DNA of 64,000 bases from Obrimoposthia wandeli (taxonomy: Eukaryota): NCBI GenBank assembly GCA_977020255.1, contig CDROCS010001715.1:186001-250000 (forward strand), in the 5' to 3' direction. Shown here in pieces: positions 14,220 to 25,169 of the stretch. The notes beneath the pieces were generated by a model. The model was not told the DNA's origin. It saw nothing but the letters and a program-made list of their open reading frames with translations, and ran no database searches. The number at the start of each line of letters is the position of its first letter. Positions within the stretch are counted from its first letter, which is position 1. A program made the position numbers and the translations under genes.

Positions 14220-14455
14220 TCATTATTCTAGTAGGTATTTTTATAAATTTATCTCCTATTTTAAAAATGCCATCTAATTTACTAATAATATTTACGGGTT
14301 GACCGTTTGCTGCTGTTATTTGACTGTTATCTGTGTGAAGTAGTGATATTTGGTGTGGTTTAAGAAAGACTCGTCCAAAACTGTTACGCTTGATCCTGTG
14401 TCAATTAAAGCTTTTAATTTGTACTCATTAATTTCAACTTTTTACATAAGGTCGT
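14220..14455 (-). pseudogene. retropepsin (aspartic protease)
   Basis: Removing one A from an A-run near 14440 gives RPYVKVEINEYKLKALIDTGSSVTVLDE (DTG catalytic motif). Confidence 0.9.
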
Positions 14456-16506
14456 CTATCATTATCCATTTGATTTATAGTATATATTGTTGGTGCAGTT
14501 GATTTTTGAACTTTTGTTTCTTCTTTATATTTTTCTAAATCGGGGTATTGTGTAGATTCTGTATTCTCTTTATTTTTATTGTCTACTATTTTTTGTAAAT
14601 TTGTTTCTCGCATTTCGTTTGATAATGCGTTTACAGTATTTTGATGATGATTAAATATAAGAAATTTTGCCAAAAATGGAAAACATCCTAATATTAGTTT
14701 CCATGTTAATCCTCCAACTTTATAAATATAGTATGTGGATAAAATTTGACTCAATAGTATTTTAAAGCATATTAGTAGTGCATATATTCCTACAAGTCCA
14801 GAAAATGCTTGTCCAAAAATTAAAAATTTCCCCCATATTTTTGACATTGTATTTTTTGTAGCTTTTATGTAATGGTTTGGAGAAAGTAATAAATCATAAT
14901 CAGGACGGCTAATTCCGTCTGGTACTGATCTTTCTATGATTTGTGTTAAAATTCGTGATCTTATTTGAGGAAATAAAATTTCTTTTCTTAATTTATCTAT
15001 ATCTTCTTGTATGTAAATGCCTTTTGTATTTAGTTCATTGTCTGGATTTATTTCTATGTCATTTTTTAGATTAGTTAATTGTAGTTTTAGTGGTTGAGCA
15101 ACTATGTCTCTTCTTGGTAATGTTATCCATATATATTTTGAGATTTTATAATGAGGTGCCATTATGTTTGAACAGTTTATTTTTTTTATGCTGAATGTGT
15201 TAAAAAGTATTATTCTGGTGATTGGTTCTACAAATAATGAATGATTTTTGTATGAAATTGGCAATTCTTTGGTACATTTATTGTGATTTCTTATATTAAC
15301 TATTACTTTTTGGCATTGATACGTATATAGTACCTCTCCCATTACTCTTCCGAAAGTACCATCTGGTAACGGTAATAATGGTGTTATTAATTCTGGATTT
15401 GTAGCAATAATTGCTAGTTTTGTTTTCAAAATTTCTTGATTTAATTTACAGTCATTCATTATTGTTTCTCTATAAATAGCTTCTATTGTCATTAATCCTT
15501 TGTGATAAAAATAATCTAATTTATTATTGAAATAATCGTAATTTTTTATATCAAATTTTGTTGGTGTAGTTTTTGCATTATAAATTTTTCTTACTTAGAT
15601 ATATTCCTTTATAATTAGTTGTATAAATAGAGTGTCCACATCGGGATTCCTCTTTCTTTTTAATAAATCGCATACCTGAACCTCGTTCAGTTGACATTAA
15701 AATAGTTGGAGTTGATGTTTTTGTATTTTTCTAGTTCTATATTTTTAAGTATATTTTTTGGAATTCGTTGATCTAACTCTGGATCATCTTTGAATCTTTG
15801 ACCTTGAATTATTTGGAAATTTTCTGATTTTAGTAGTATTAATTTACATTGGTCTGTTTTACCTTATAGTATAAAATTGAAGATCCTGTGTTACAATATC
15901 CGATATTTGCTGCACAGAATGGCATAGTCACCATGGTATTTGTAGATGGATCAAATGTTGCCTTAAATGTTCTTAGTTCTACCTCAAAGTTTTTTATAAC
16001 TACTAAACCACTTTGTTTAACTCCCATTACGACGTATGATCCTGTTGTGCATTCTCCGTCAGATTTGATAGTTCCTACCACCGTAATCATTTGTTGTATT
16101 ATTTTGTTTTTTATTGCTTTTACTTTTATTTCTCTATCTATTCTCAGTTCGCCTGTTGCAAAAGCATCTTTACAATTTAACGCGTCAACAATTATTGGTG
16201 TTTTTCCTAATGCTGGCTTAACAATTGAATTATGGCTGTGTTGAATGTTATGAATGTTTCCACATGTACTCTACATTCGAAAACTTCTGTATTTATGTAA
16301 TCTGTTTCCTGGTATACATGAAATAACTTGGTGGTTTAAACTTTTACTTCATTTGGATCTGCGTCGGCGCATTGTTGTAAATCCATTAGTGAATATTTAT
16401 TTTGAATACTATATTTTGAACAATCATATGCTTCAAGAGCATTTATAGGTTTTATTATATTTGTAATTATACATATCATAAATATTATTTGAATTATTTT
16501 CCATAA
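14434..16506 (-). pseudogene. class III viral fusion glycoprotein (chuvirus G/herpes gB-like env) with internal signal peptide and C-terminal TM segments
   Basis: LWKIIQIIFMICIITNIIKPINA/LEAYDCS...YSLMDLQQC; G..GRVMGEVLYTYQC...KCTKELPI....FVEPITRII...C....P.Y.I...W; hydrophobic GQAFSGLVGIYALLICFKILL and WKLILGCFPFLAKFLIF. This Cys/motif pattern matches chuvirus-type glycoproteins. Confidence 0.8.
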
Positions 16507-18358
16507 ATTCTGGATGATTTTGTTAAAATTATATGTATTTTTAAGATTTGAATTTTTACTATTTTTTGGTGATTTTCGTTTATTTTTATTTTTCGATTTT
16601 TTATCTTGTGTTTGAGTGGTTTGATTTATTTTTGTACTTATTTGTGTTCTTTTTTCTAATGTTAGACAACCGTTTCTAAATATTTCTCCGAATTCGGATT
16701 GAGAGTTGGTACTATTTGTGTTTTGCTCATTGTTTTGGTATTGCTGATGTGTTTCTTTATAGCGATTATCTATTTCTTGTTGTCTTAATCTCATCAATGC
16801 AACTTCTTCTGTTTCCTGAGTTATATCAGTGTTTTCAATAGTATGTATTGGGTTTCTGTAAGCATATTGTTGATTTTGATTGTTAAACTGTACTGTTTTT
16901 TGAATCTGTGGTTGTGGTTGTTGTTGTTGTTTTATTGTTGTGTTACCAAATTGATTCATCATTGTATTTAGTTTGCTACATTCATCCGTATTGTGATTTT
17001 TCATATTACAAATTTTCCAAAATTTTGTATTAGTATTAAAATATTTAGCTTGATTATTTTGATTACTGAAATTATTATATGGGCTTCTAAAATTACTATT
17101 TGTATTTTTGAAATTATTATTTGGATTGTTGAAGTTATTATTTTGTGGTCGTATATTATTACTTTGTCTGTATAACAGTTTTCGGCAAGTTTCAATAGTA
17201 TGATTGTCTTTTTTTACAAAATCTACAAAATTTGTTGTTGGTTATTTTATAACAATTCTCTATTGTGTGATTTTGCAGTCCACAATTTGTACATTTTTGG
17301 AAAGGTCTTTGTGTAATTTGTGAGTCTGTATAGTTTCTGTTTGTTTGATTCCTATAAAAGTTATTTGTCGGTGGTGTATATTGTTGCTGGTTTTGGTAAT
17401 TAGATTGTGTATTTGGGTTATAGTTTTGAGTTTGATTGAAATTTGGTGGTGTTGTAGGTCTTTGTATTTTTTCAAAGGTTAATGCTGAAACTTCAGATTG
17501 TTGTAACATGTTTAATCTTGTTTCTACAAGTTGAGCCTTATTTACAGCTTGCTGAAAGTTTTCTACTTCTAGTAGAGCTGGATGATTTTTGATTTTATTA
17601 TTTAATCCATGTAGAAACTGATGTAATAGTAAGCGCTCTCTTAAAACTTCCTCAATTCCAGGGAATGATTTTAGGGCTAAACGTCTTAATTCAATTGCAA
17701 AAATATTTGTGGGTTCTCCTAAATGTTGCTCACGTTGTCTAAACTGATTTAAGTAATTTTGCTCTGATTGGGTTCCTAAAATCATATTTTGAAAATTCTG
17801 AACTAAATGGTTCCATGTGTCTTTTTGTTCATTGTTTAATTCTATATAACTTGTTAAGGCAGTGCCTTTTAAATACGCTGGAAAAACCCTAAGTTTCTCT
17901 TCATTAGTCCATTCAAATGCCTGAGCAAATGAATCAAATCTATTTAAAAATTCGGGTAATGAAGATTTATCGCCATTGAAAGCGTCCAAAGGATCATTTA
18001 ACTTATGTTCAGCCATTATTTGAGGTTGATTATCTATTTCTATATTATTTGGTTCGTTCAATTCGGGTTCTGGTGTGTTTGTAGTTTGAGTAGCTTCTGT
18101 TGAGCTATCGGTTTCTAGTGTTTGGTTAGTAAGGCCATCTGTTAGACTTTCTGAGCTGGTTAAGTTTAGTTGGATTGGGTGTTGGTGTTGTAATGAAGTT
18201 TCTGGGAAAAATTCGCTATTTGTTCTAAAGCTTATTTGAGATTTAGGTCTCTGTGGTGGTGATTCTTTAGGTTCTGTTCTTACTAGTCGGGCTTGAATTC
18301 GTCGCCAGTGAAGACTAGCGCTACGTTTGGATTTATGAATTTTATTATTTTTATTTAT
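16507..18358 (-). pseudogene. Gag with three CCHC-type zinc knuckles and Asn/Gln-rich linkers
   Basis: Capsid-like FLNRFDSFAQAFEWTNEEKL...LKGTA; knuckles CTNCGLQNHTIENC, CRFCKKDNHTIETC and (W)KICNMKNHNTDEC; one frameshift in an A-run near 17212. Frame is open up to 18358. Confidence 0.88.
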
Positions 18359-19994
18359 TCAACGCTTTTTATCACTATGTTGTAGATTTTATTAAAGTTG
18401 TTGAATTTATAATATTTAAATAACCAATTTTTAGCTTTTTTTGAATCAGATAATTTGTCCCAGACTTCTCAAGATTGCTGACCTATTGGATGTCGGCTAT
18501 CCTTGTTTCGCAATTATGAAAAAATGGATACAGAAAAATCTTGTTCAAAATTCTGTAAGTGCTTGAGGTTGATCACAGTATCCTTACTTTTGAATAAATC
18601 AGTTATACACTACCGCTAAGGGTCAATCTAATTCAGTTATATTATTGTTACGTATAAAAAAAAAATTTTGATTAATAAAATATTATTTGATTTGATTACT
18701 TTTATTACAAACAGCAAGTCAATTAATTGTTTGTTATACTTTATCAATGAAGATAGGAATAAAAATATTTATATATACGCAGCACAATAGGATTATTTAT
18801 TGATACTTTTCAAAGTTAAATTTGAAAAATGGAATACAATATATACGATTTTAATAATTATGAATTAGTTATAACTTTTAATGATGTCAACTTTTTAATG
18901 TAACAACTCTATGGTTCCAAATCAGTTTACCAAAGAATAAAAATGAATGTAAAATAGTAAGTCCAACTTCGAGAGATAATATAAATGGTATAAGTAGTTG
19001 AATCAAAAATCAAATACAATTGTAAAGCCGTAAAATTGTTTTTAATAAAAATTATGATATATGAACTTTTAAACAGTAATTATATTTTCAGAAATGTTTA
19101 GGTCAAGGTATTCCTACAGTCTCCCGCAATTCTATTTTCTACCTTCTTAACCAACCACCAAGACCACAACTGCTCCCTTATTCTACGGTTATCTGCTTAT
19201 TTTGGTCTCGGAACCTTTGTTTCGATTACCGCAGAGAGAGGAACAGTCCCGCTCAAAAATGGTCGAAAATTTTCAAACAATACTCGTGAGACTATAAGAA
19301 TCCCTAATTTTCAAAAATAATATTTATACGATTATGACATTCTATCTATCACTATTAGAAATAAATATAATTTTAAATACAATAATCAATTTTTAACACA
19401 AAAAAAAAAAAAACTATATAATTTTAGTTTATACTTTTTTAAATTTTCAGTTATTTATTGTAATCTCTACTTATATACACATATATAAATGGAAATTAAC
19501 TGAATATTTTATTCCCAGAAAAGAAACCGCAAAAATAAATATGTTAACAAATAAACCCAAAATATGAGTTTTAAAATTACTTCAAAGAAAACAATATAAA
19601 TATATTCTATAGTAAAATTTATGTAAGTTATGTTGTTCAAAGTTATTTATTGGATTAGTTTATAGAAGTTTGTGTTATAACCACAAATCAAATTCACAAT
19701 ACCGTTAAATGTAAATAAATTGAATATTACAAATGATGGAGTTAATATTAATAAAATTGAATACTAAAATGATTGTTAATAAAAAGTTAATTTTCAAAAA
19801 TTGAATTCAAAGTTCTCTAGGGCAACTAATCACAAATGAATACTACAAATTGTTATAGCTATAAAAAGTATTTAAATAGTTTCTGTTATTTTGAGCTTAA
19901 TGCAAAATCCGACCAAATAATGTTAATATATGAAAATGTAAAACAAAAACCAAAAATAAGGTAAAATCAAAATAATAAATGACCTGCTTGCGTT

Positions 19995-20011
19995 CTGGAT
20001 CGGGCTCACCA
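19995..20011 (-). promoter_or_regulatory. primer-binding site
   Basis: Minus strand reads ...ATATTACA-AT-TGGTGAGCCCGATCCAG directly inside the 5' LTR. TGG is complementary to tRNA CCA; the cognate tRNA was not identified. Confidence 0.8.
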
Positions 20012-20013
20012 AT

Positions 20014-21250
20014 TGTAATATTACAAATAACTGATCAGTTTGGGCAAATCCAATAATTTCGTAAATAAGAGTGGGCAATTCCAATATTATATTTGATCAA
20101 CAGATCAGTTTGGGCGAATCCAATAATTTCGTAAAATAAGAGTGGGCAATTCCAATAAAATAAGCCTCAATAAAATGTTATATTTCTTATTTCTTTGTAA
20201 ATTCTCAATTGATCAACAACTATTTTAGCAGAATTAATTTTGTTTGTGTTTCGTTCAACAGGAACGATCAAAAATCCAATTCCAATACTTTTTAACAGGA
20301 ACGATCAAAAATCCAAGTAAATTTGTTTTGTGTTTTTCATATATTTTCCATACAATTGATAAATTAATAAATTAAGAATTTGTGTTATACATAAAAATGT
20401 TATCCGTAGATATACGGGACAAAAATCAATCAGTGTAAGAGAGGCTGTGATGCATGCATGCACCCAGGTTGAAAGGACGCCAAACTGTCCAACTGTGCTG
20501 CAGTTTCTACACACATGCATTTAAATGGAGCCATCAAACACTATATGATCCAGAATCCCTCTCGAAAACACATTCACGGAATCTGCTAACAAACACACGC
20601 ACACACAGAAACTGAAAAGGGCGATACACAATAATAATAATAAAAATAGCAATTTAACGAGGCAGTAAAAGCTGTAATTGGAGGTGTGACATGTACACAA
20701 CTACTGCAAATAAGCAAGACTAAATAATCATAGGCAATAAAATACGAACTTAAATATCAATAATAATGGTAATAATAATGGTAATAGTAAAGGTAGAGAA
20801 TAGTCCTAGAATGTTTAGTGGTAAATCAGATATCAATTAATGTCAGCAATCCGGGGGAAAATGGGCAGCGGAAAGAGGGGATTGTATGTCCAACTGTGCA
20901 TGCACATCTCTGCCTTGGTAGCCACCATCCGAAGACGGCCGATCAGGATGACGGGAAAACGATGGGGAAGGATGGCGGGAGAGAGAGTGCAGCCGGGATC
21001 CGCTGACCGTTGCCGACTGAACGAATGCCGACGGCGATCTGCCGCCAGGCTGGGAGACTGGGCGGAAAATTTTTCCATAAATCAATCTTATCTACATGCC
21101 GCCTTCCTGACGAGCCCGGCAGGGCGAAACGGGACCACCCCGTCGGAGGCTGAATTTGAAAAACCTCCCTAATTGTGGGCACTTTAGATAATTTATAAAA
21201 TGTCAATTTAAATTGACTTTCTAAATTAATTATTAATTAATAACCCAACA
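20014..21250 (-). repeat. 5' LTR (right copy)
   Basis: TGTAATATTAC...TAACCCAACA; near-identical to the left LTR except a central block and the tandem-repeat region. Confidence 0.9.
21101..21150 (+). ncRNA. type I hammerhead ribozyme (intact)
   Basis: Stem I GCCUUC/GGAGGC, CUGACGA, stem II GCCC-GGCA-GGGC, GAAA, stem III ACGGG-ACCAC-CCCGU; cleavage predicted after C21144 (GUC). Confidence 0.92.
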
Positions 21251-22369
21251 CATTTATTTTTGTTTTCTGAGTTATAAAAAATAAACTAATAGCTTTAAAT
21301 TTTTGAATAAAATGAGAAACTTAATCAAGAAGCATTGATAGTAGCAACGAAAATGGAAGAAATTATTGAAGAAGAAAATAAACGATCAGAATTCTTAATT
21401 GCTTTGGCTTTTATTGAACCCATAATAGCTCATGCTTCCTGTATGAAAATGAATCGTATGACTTACCTTTGTGATAGTTTGTTTAAAGCTAAATTTAGTC
21501 AAATTAGTGCAAAAAGATTAAACATAAATTCAATGAGTGAAATTTGCGAGAATCAATTATATTGGAAATTATCGAGATGGTTTTGATGAAACTGAGATTC
21601 TAAAATCAGAATCCACCCATGTAATCATTACATCTATGGTGGATAAGATATCTTATAGAAATTAAAGTATACGTCTATCTTTGTAAACTCGGAATTAGGA
21701 GAAACAATATTGCAATATTATAAACAGACTAATAATATAATTAAAGAAATTATAAAAAAAAAGTTTTAGTATGTGGTCATTATGGAAGTTTACATGCTGT
21801 TTGCATTTTTATTTCTTTCAATGGGCGTTAGCACTGCATCCAATCTTGTTAAAGTTAAACGTAGTATTGATACACCTAGCGAAACTATGCTTAATCAAAT
21901 ACTTATTTTTAATCATTATCATATATAAATTGTATTCTTTATGAGTCTTTATTTGTTAGTATCTTTATTTGTCAGTGTATTTCAGCATCCAATCAGATTC
22001 TAGTTATATAGTATATAAACAGATTATATTTTATTTCTACTTCATTATTATGTTTACTCCCAATTATTTCAAGATATATGTTGCTTAAGCGTTAGATGCA
22101 TTCATCTCAAAAAATCTTAAAGGAAAATATGTCTTGAAACTCATCGAGACAACGGATCTGCCCATGGAAGAGCATGTAAAAAGAGTTATGCTCAACAAAT
22201 CTATCAAATGACTCATATTGGGCTACAATCAAAGGAAACAAAATCACGAGGAGCAGAAGAATAAGAAAAGCCTTTTCTGGGAGTAGAGTTTTTTATTGTG
22301 TATTGGTGGATATAATAAAATATTTTAAATAACTTTGTCTTATAAACATTATCTCAACACTCTAATATT

Positions 22370-23013
22370 TTAAATATGAACTTAAAAAATAATTCAGTTT
22401 TTAAAATAGTGGTGGCGAGAAAATTCTTTTAATTCGCAAGTTACTACAAAATATTAAATACTTTAGATTTAAGTTTAATAAGACATATTGGCATCAGAGG
22501 AGATGGAGAAGCAGGTTTTACTAGTAAAGAGTTAAAAATATAAAAAATATAAAAGCCAATAAAGGATTTGATGATATTCGGTATGAGAGATTATATCGAC
22601 ATGATGTTATTGTTATTGATGAATTGTATCGATATGCAAATAAAGAGAGTAATTTCAATAATTTATTCACTAAAATAGCAAGACATTGTGAAGTAACTGT
22701 TATTTTCTTCCCATAAAATCTGTTTCAACAGGATGGGAATCATAGAACTCGTAATTTAAATGTGCATTACCTTGTTATATTAAAGAATCCACATGATCCG
22801 ACTGTTACTGATTTTGTTTCAAGGTAAACTTACCCTAATAATATAAATTACTTAATTGATTCATTTCATGATGCAAGTACTGTTCCTCACGGGAACATTT
22901 TTATTGATTTGACACAAGATTGTTGTGATGACTTAAGATTTAGATCTGATATAGTCAATCCATCCGTTATTACCGTCTATAAACAATCAAAGAAACCAGT
23001 TTCTCGAAGATGA
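22370..23013 (+). pseudogene. Polinton packaging ATPase (A32/FtsK-HerA-like)
   Basis: VIVIDELY (Walker B), NLFTKIARH..VTVIF..*NLF, RTRNLNVHYLVILKNPHD, PHGNIFIDL...DDLRFRSDI; Walker A is decayed. Confidence 0.85.
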
Positions 23014-23111
23014 GTTTTAAAAAGGAAATTATTAAACCTGAAGTCAAGAAATTGATTAAATCAGTTTTAAGTGCAAGAAAGATGGTTGCTCAAAAATCAA
23101 ATAAGCAATGA
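23010..23111 (+). CDS. small Lys-rich Polinton ORF
   Basis: MSFKKEIIKPEVKKLIKSVLSARK..., homologous to MPFKKLIV...EVNKLIKSVVRNK at about 50367-50507. Confidence 0.5.
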   Translation: MSFKKEIIKPEVKKLIKSVLSARKMVAQKSNKQ

Positions 23112-23450
23112 ATGGTTGTTCTAGATAAGAAATCTATGAGTATTGCCTATTTTAATTCTCTTAAGCGTGAACCCGCTATTCGTCGTCCAACTATTCTTAA
23201 ATCATTCCCTACTTTTGTAGTCGATAATTTACTTAATATAGCACAAAAAATAGTTTCTGCTAAATCATTTGTTAGGACTAAAATGAATCGACATAAGAAA
23301 CCTCTACTTGATTTGTTTCATGTTAAAACACGAGCCTGTAAACGTAAATTGCCATAGAAGCAAATATAAAGATATTTAGGATTTATAGTAACGATTGTTA
23401 GTTCGATAGTTGGTGCACTTGCTAGGAGACTAATAAAACTATGTTTATAA
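23112..23450 (+). pseudogene. small Polinton ORF with amphipathic C-terminus
   Basis: ILKSFPTFVVDNLL...KPLLDL, homologous to 50534-50853. Confidence 0.6.
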
Positions 23451-24100
23451 ACATAATTTTGAATCAATAATATGAGATAACTTCCAGATATACCTAAATT
23501 AAATATAAAAATCAAATCGTCTTGCTGTAATGGAGAAAATATGGCTCAATCCAAGTCATCCTGTGGGTACACAGGAGTTTCAAAATTGGCAAGAGAAAGG
23601 GAAAGAAAGGGAAAGAGAAAACTTAGATGTGGTTGAAAATTAAACTAGCTTACAGCTTAAACAAACCGATGAGACATCGGTTCCCAACGAGATCATACAA
23701 ACCGAGCGGCCTGAATGATTTATGGCAAGCATATTTGATGGAAATGATACTGTATGAGAGTATTAAAAATATATATATTTTAACTCGTGTTGATGTCTTT
23801 AGTAGATTTGCAAGAGCTCTAAAGTCTAAATCCATAATGATGTTTTAGAGACAATGACGCAAATGATAAGGGAAATAAAACCAGCAAATTTCCAAATAGA
23901 TAGTGGAAAGGAATTTTATAATAAACATGTTAGTACATTATTAAAAAACATGATAATAATCATTATTCAGTGTTTTCTCAATATAAAACTGCCTTAGTTA
24001 AGCGTTTTAATCAAACATTAAGATATATATTGAAAGAGTATTTCACTAAGCAGGAAAATATAACCTGAGTCAGCGTTTTACTTCAAATAATACATGCATA

Positions 24101-25169
24101 TGTTGGGAATATCTTATAAATATTTATTTAAAAAATAAAAAATATATATATATATATATAAAAATTAAAAAATGAGAATTAATTAATTAAGGAATTAATT
24201 AAGAATTTCCCTTATTAGGGAAAAGTTCTATTTAGATAAAATATGCACTTTGGCATTTTAGTTTAGAGTGGTTAATCTCCGACAGGAAAAAAAAACGTTT
24301 CGCCCTGCCGGGCTCATCAGGGAGATGGCTTGTTATCTCTGACTTCGCGGTGGGTTCTGCGAAGCCAGAGATAACAATAATAAAAAGCCAGAGAAAAGAA
24401 GGAAAGATTTCCCTTTTCATGTGGCGACGAATATCGTCGACATGTGATGTTGGTGTGCGCAAGTACACATTTCAACACACACACTCACACAGCGGACATC
24501 ACTCAACACACTCACACAGCGGACATCACTGTACTCACTCACTTATTCTCTGTACTCACTCACCTACTCTCAGTCTTGTGTATGTGTGTGTATTTTATGC
24601 AAAACTATTTTCCTCTCTGTCCAGATACGATTCTTGCGGACAGATGGGCAGTTTGCTTGTGTGATCGTTTTCTCCCTCTTCCCAGATGCGCTACAATCGA
24701 TTGGCATGTGGGCATGATTTCGCGCTTCCAGTTGTGGGCAGCGTTTTCATCGGCACATATCCCCAGCGGAAGAATAAATTGTTGTGTACCTGCTATAAAA
24801 GCAACACATTTTCAATAACTAAAAAAGTCATGATTACACAGAAAAATACAGAATCATAAATATTATTATTTTATCATCGTTATTAAAACTGATAGAACAT
24901 CAAATTATTGAACTATATTTAATTGAAATCAGGACTATATTGTTATTCTAAAATTGAACAATTTGATTTGATTTGATTTTCCAGCTATTACTTTGGAAAC
25001 ATTATTCTATTATTTTAGAAACAATTTGAACAATTTGATTTTCCAGCTATTACTTTGGAAACATTATTCTATTACTTTAGAAACAATTGGATTTGATTTT
25101 TTCGGATATTGTTTTGATTAAGACAATAAAAATTGATAATAAAATTACTTATTATTCAATATATTAACA
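24101..25169 (+). mobile_element. solo LTR of a family related to 6073/20014, in opposite genomic orientation
   Basis: TGTTGGG...ATATTAACA; perfect 4-bp TSD CATA (24097-24100, 25170-25173); related tandem repeats at 24950-25110; TATAAAA near 24795. Confidence 0.92.
24275..24326 (-). ncRNA. type I hammerhead ribozyme
   Basis: Minus strand reads ATCTCC-CTGATGA-GCCC GGCA GGGC-GAAA-CG(T9)CCT-GTC-GGAGAT; perfect 6-bp stem I and minimal stem III. Confidence 0.88.

Larger units (their letters stand above)
6073..21250 (-). mobile_element. Ty3/gypsy (Metaviridae-like) LTR retroelement with an internal envelope gene, decayed
   Basis: Direct repeats of about 1.2-1.4 kb with TG...CA ends, a PBS, and gag/PR/RT/RH/IN in gypsy order. 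Flanking 4-mers are AATT and CATT (one mismatch). Confidence 0.92.

Noticed and set aside
15888-16244. Plus-strand ORFs opposite env/pol (also 12653-12934 and 55990-56223)
   Set aside because: Antisense shadows of real coding frames.
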